From positions 185,918 through 249,917 of the forward strand of contig JAUWYX010000002.1 of NCBI GenBank assembly GCA_030615625.1: a DNA stretch of 64,000 nucleotides, written 5' to 3'. Source of the stretch: Dehalococcoidia bacterium. GTDB taxonomy: Bacteria; Chloroflexota; Dehalococcoidia; GIF9; AB-539-J10. Shown one piece after another: positions 62,277 to 64,000 of this stretch. Below the pieces are notes generated by a model. The model was not told where the DNA came from. It searched no databases and worked only from the letters and a program-made list of their open reading frames with translations. A program made the position numbers and the translations under genes. The stretch's first letter is position 1, and each line of letters begins with the position of its first letter.

Positions 62277-63209
62277 CTATCCGTCCTGGGGAAAGCTCCC
62301 GGGGGTGAACACAAGAAAAATGAGCTGGAAGCCCACTTGAGCAATCCGAAACAGGCTTCGGAAGGAGAACTGTCGGAGGTACACTGACCAGTAAATCCCC
62401 CCAACTAGAAGGCTCCCACCGATTATATTGCCCAAGGTGACCGGTAGTAAGTTCTTAACCAAAAAGCCAGCTATAGTTAAGTTGCCCAGCATTATCGGCT
62501 GCCCTACCATACCTTGGGCAGCAGCCAGCACATCAGGTTGCCCCTTTAATGCTATTCCCATAGGGATGAAATACATGTTTGCTACGCTATGTTCAAAACC
62601 AGATGCTACGAATGCTGTAATGGGGAAAATGACCGCCAGAATCTTGTCGATTGTGCTGCGACCACTGAAAGCAAGCCAGATTGCAAGACAGACCAAGACA
62701 TTACAGAGAATGCCCCTCACGAATGCTTCAAGGAAACTCATATTGACCTTGGCATTAGCGATGAGTAGAGCCTTCCCCCCGACCATAGCATCATGGAAAC
62801 CCCACTGCGCTGTATAATACATAAGCAATACCATTACCAGTGCCCCTACAAAATTGCCAAGATATACTATCCCCCAGCCTTTTAGAAGTTGACGTGCGTT
62901 GACTTTTCCCTCGATAAAACCCATAACCACAAGGGTATTGCCGGTAAAGAGCTCTGCCCCAGCGACTACAACCAAAATGAGCCCAAGGCAAAAAGCAAGC
63001 CCACCAATCAGACTGTTCAAACCAAAGGCGAGTCCGCTATCATGCACTACCAAGGTATAAAACTCAGCACCAAGTGCAATGAAAACACCTGCCAGGATGG
63101 CGAGTACAAACATCCTGAAGAAGTCAAGGCCAGACTTCTTTTCGGCAACTGCGGCAATCCTTTTGGCGATTTCGGGGGGAGAGTAGGCATCTACTCGTAG
63201 TTCTTCCAT
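62277..63209 (-). CDS. Formate/nitrite transporter (FNT) family channel
   Basis: GAELFTGN, FEHSVANMYF and 6 TM segments. Confidence 0.85.
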   Translation of the reverse strand: MEELRVDAYSPPEIAKRIAAVAEKKSGLDFFRMFVLAILAGVFIALGAEFYTLVVHDSGLAFGLNSLIGGLAFCLGLILVVVAGAELFTGNTLVVMGFIEGKVNARQLLKGWGIVYLGNFVGALVMVLLMYYTAQWGFHDAMVGGKALLIANAKVNMSFLEAFVRGILCNVLVCLAIWLAFSGRSTIDKILAVIFPITAFVASGFEHSVANMYFIPMGIALKGQPDVLAAAQGMVGQPIMLGNLTIAGFLVKNLLPVTLGNIIGGSLLVGGIYWSVYLRQFSFRSLFRIAQVGFQLIFLVFTPGSFPQDG

Positions 63210-63225
63210 AGCTCAGATCCCTTGG

Positions 63226-63684
63226 CTACTCCCACAGGACGCTTGCGACTAACATCAAATCGGTCCTGCGCAGCCGCCCGGCTAGTAGTTGAGCCAGATT
63301 CCTCATAACTATATAGCCAAGCGGACTATCTCGCTCAAAAAGCTCATTGAGCTTATCTCTATCAATAGTAATTATCTCGCAGTCATTCTCACAGATAGCA
63401 GTCGCAGAACGGCTTCTCCTATCCACCAATGCCAACTCACCAAAAATCTGCCCCACGCCCAGCCGTTGTATGGTGGCTGTGTTGGGCTTGCCTTTTAACC
63501 CCAGCTCTATGCACACTTTGCCCTTTTTGATGATGTACACCTCAGCGCCTGAGCTATGCTCAGTAAACACCACCGCACCTCCATGATATTTCCTTTCTTC
63601 TGAGACCTGTGCAAGGGATTCAAGCTGGCGCGGGCTCAGACTCCGGAATATATCGACCTTCTCCAAAATCTTTGTACTATCCAT
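63226..63684 (-). CDS. Cyclic nucleotide-binding domain protein
   Basis: The cNMP-binding cassette FGELALVDRRSRSATA. Confidence 0.75.
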   Translation of the reverse strand: MDSTKILEKVDIFRSLSPRQLESLAQVSEERKYHGGAVVFTEHSSGAEVYIIKKGKVCIELGLKGKPNTATIQRLGVGQIFGELALVDRRSRSATAICENDCEIITIDRDKLNELFERDSPLGYIVMRNLAQLLAGRLRRTDLMLVASVLWE

Positions 63685-64000
63685 GGCAGCCTCCCGAACA
63701 AATTACTTTTCTAATACACCCACTACTCTGTGAACACCCCGTACATCTAGGCACCTCACTGACAGGTTTGAGAACGAAGCCATTGTAGTAATCTTGGATC
63801 TCAGCTGTCAAGGGGGATAATGCTTGTCCCCCTTGACATAAGCAACCCACTTCAAGACGAATTGCCATTGGAGCACTAGCTGGGGTTGTTTTCGGCACCT
63901 TTGAGCCAGCTTGAATTATTAACGCTGTGTTGCTGCCATTCAAGTATTCAATATGGTGCAGCTTAAAGTCTTGGCTCGTATTAGTTGCAGCGCTACTCAC
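63677..64000 (-). CDS. Partial ORF running off the window edge, Cys-rich C-terminus, function unknown
   Basis: The open frame reaches position 64000, so the 5' end lies outside the window. The tail is CTGCSQSSGCIRKVICSGGC. Confidence 0.3.
   Translation of the reverse strand: MSSAATNTSQDFKLHHIEYLNGSNTALIIQAGSKVPKTTPASAPMAIRLEVGCLCQGGQALSPLTAEIQDYYNGFVLKPVSEVPRCTGCSQSSGCIRKVICSGGCHG

Overview
This 64 kb window is bacterial and gene-dense, with content typical of an anaerobe. A Chloroflexota/Dehalococcoidia-like origin is only a guess, because nothing was searched and all family calls come from motifs read by eye. I see five blocks.

(1) 1-18.1 kb holds sulfur amino-acid and Fe-S genes. These are a COG1900 homocysteine protein, two Thi4 paralogs, cysS, an Rrf2 regulator, cysK, cysE, a Cys/Met PLP enzyme, a MacB/FtsX ABC pair with thioredoxin-like, CARDB and DUF2318 proteins, thrC, a NIL protein, nifS and nifU.

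(2) 18.2-25.9 kb is an arsenic/metal island. It carries arsR-arsM, then arsR, a permease, a thioredoxin-like protein, small ORFs, an Fe-S protein, acr3 and a thiol-disulfide pair. It also has decayed remnants of a second Fe-S/acr3 copy and a YHS-containing permease.

(3) 26-42 kb holds MOSC, fdhD, nadA and cutA, then a Liv-type ABC system split into convergent units around a PQQ-propeller surface protein, plus an acyl-CoA ligase and a thiolase. Operon boundaries here are filled with a mosaic of at least four short palindromic repeat families.

(4) 42.8-55.1 kb is a visibly more AT-rich accessory island built of 1-2 gene modules separated by recurring tRNA-3'-end-like scars and by duplicated 3' ends of the flanking genes. 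No integrase is visible. The island carries the most interesting candidates. One is an HTH-HipA-like kinase gene followed by a HipS-like/HIRAN/Hjc-Mrr-like nuclease fusion. The other is a Cas4-like nuclease paired with a QueC-like PP-loop ATPase.

(5) 55.1-64 kb is core genes, including a stand-alone 5S rRNA with its own promoter.

I also note a conserved structured leader shared by the two paralogous LivK-like binding-protein genes. No CRISPR array, intact tRNA, transposase or integrase was found.
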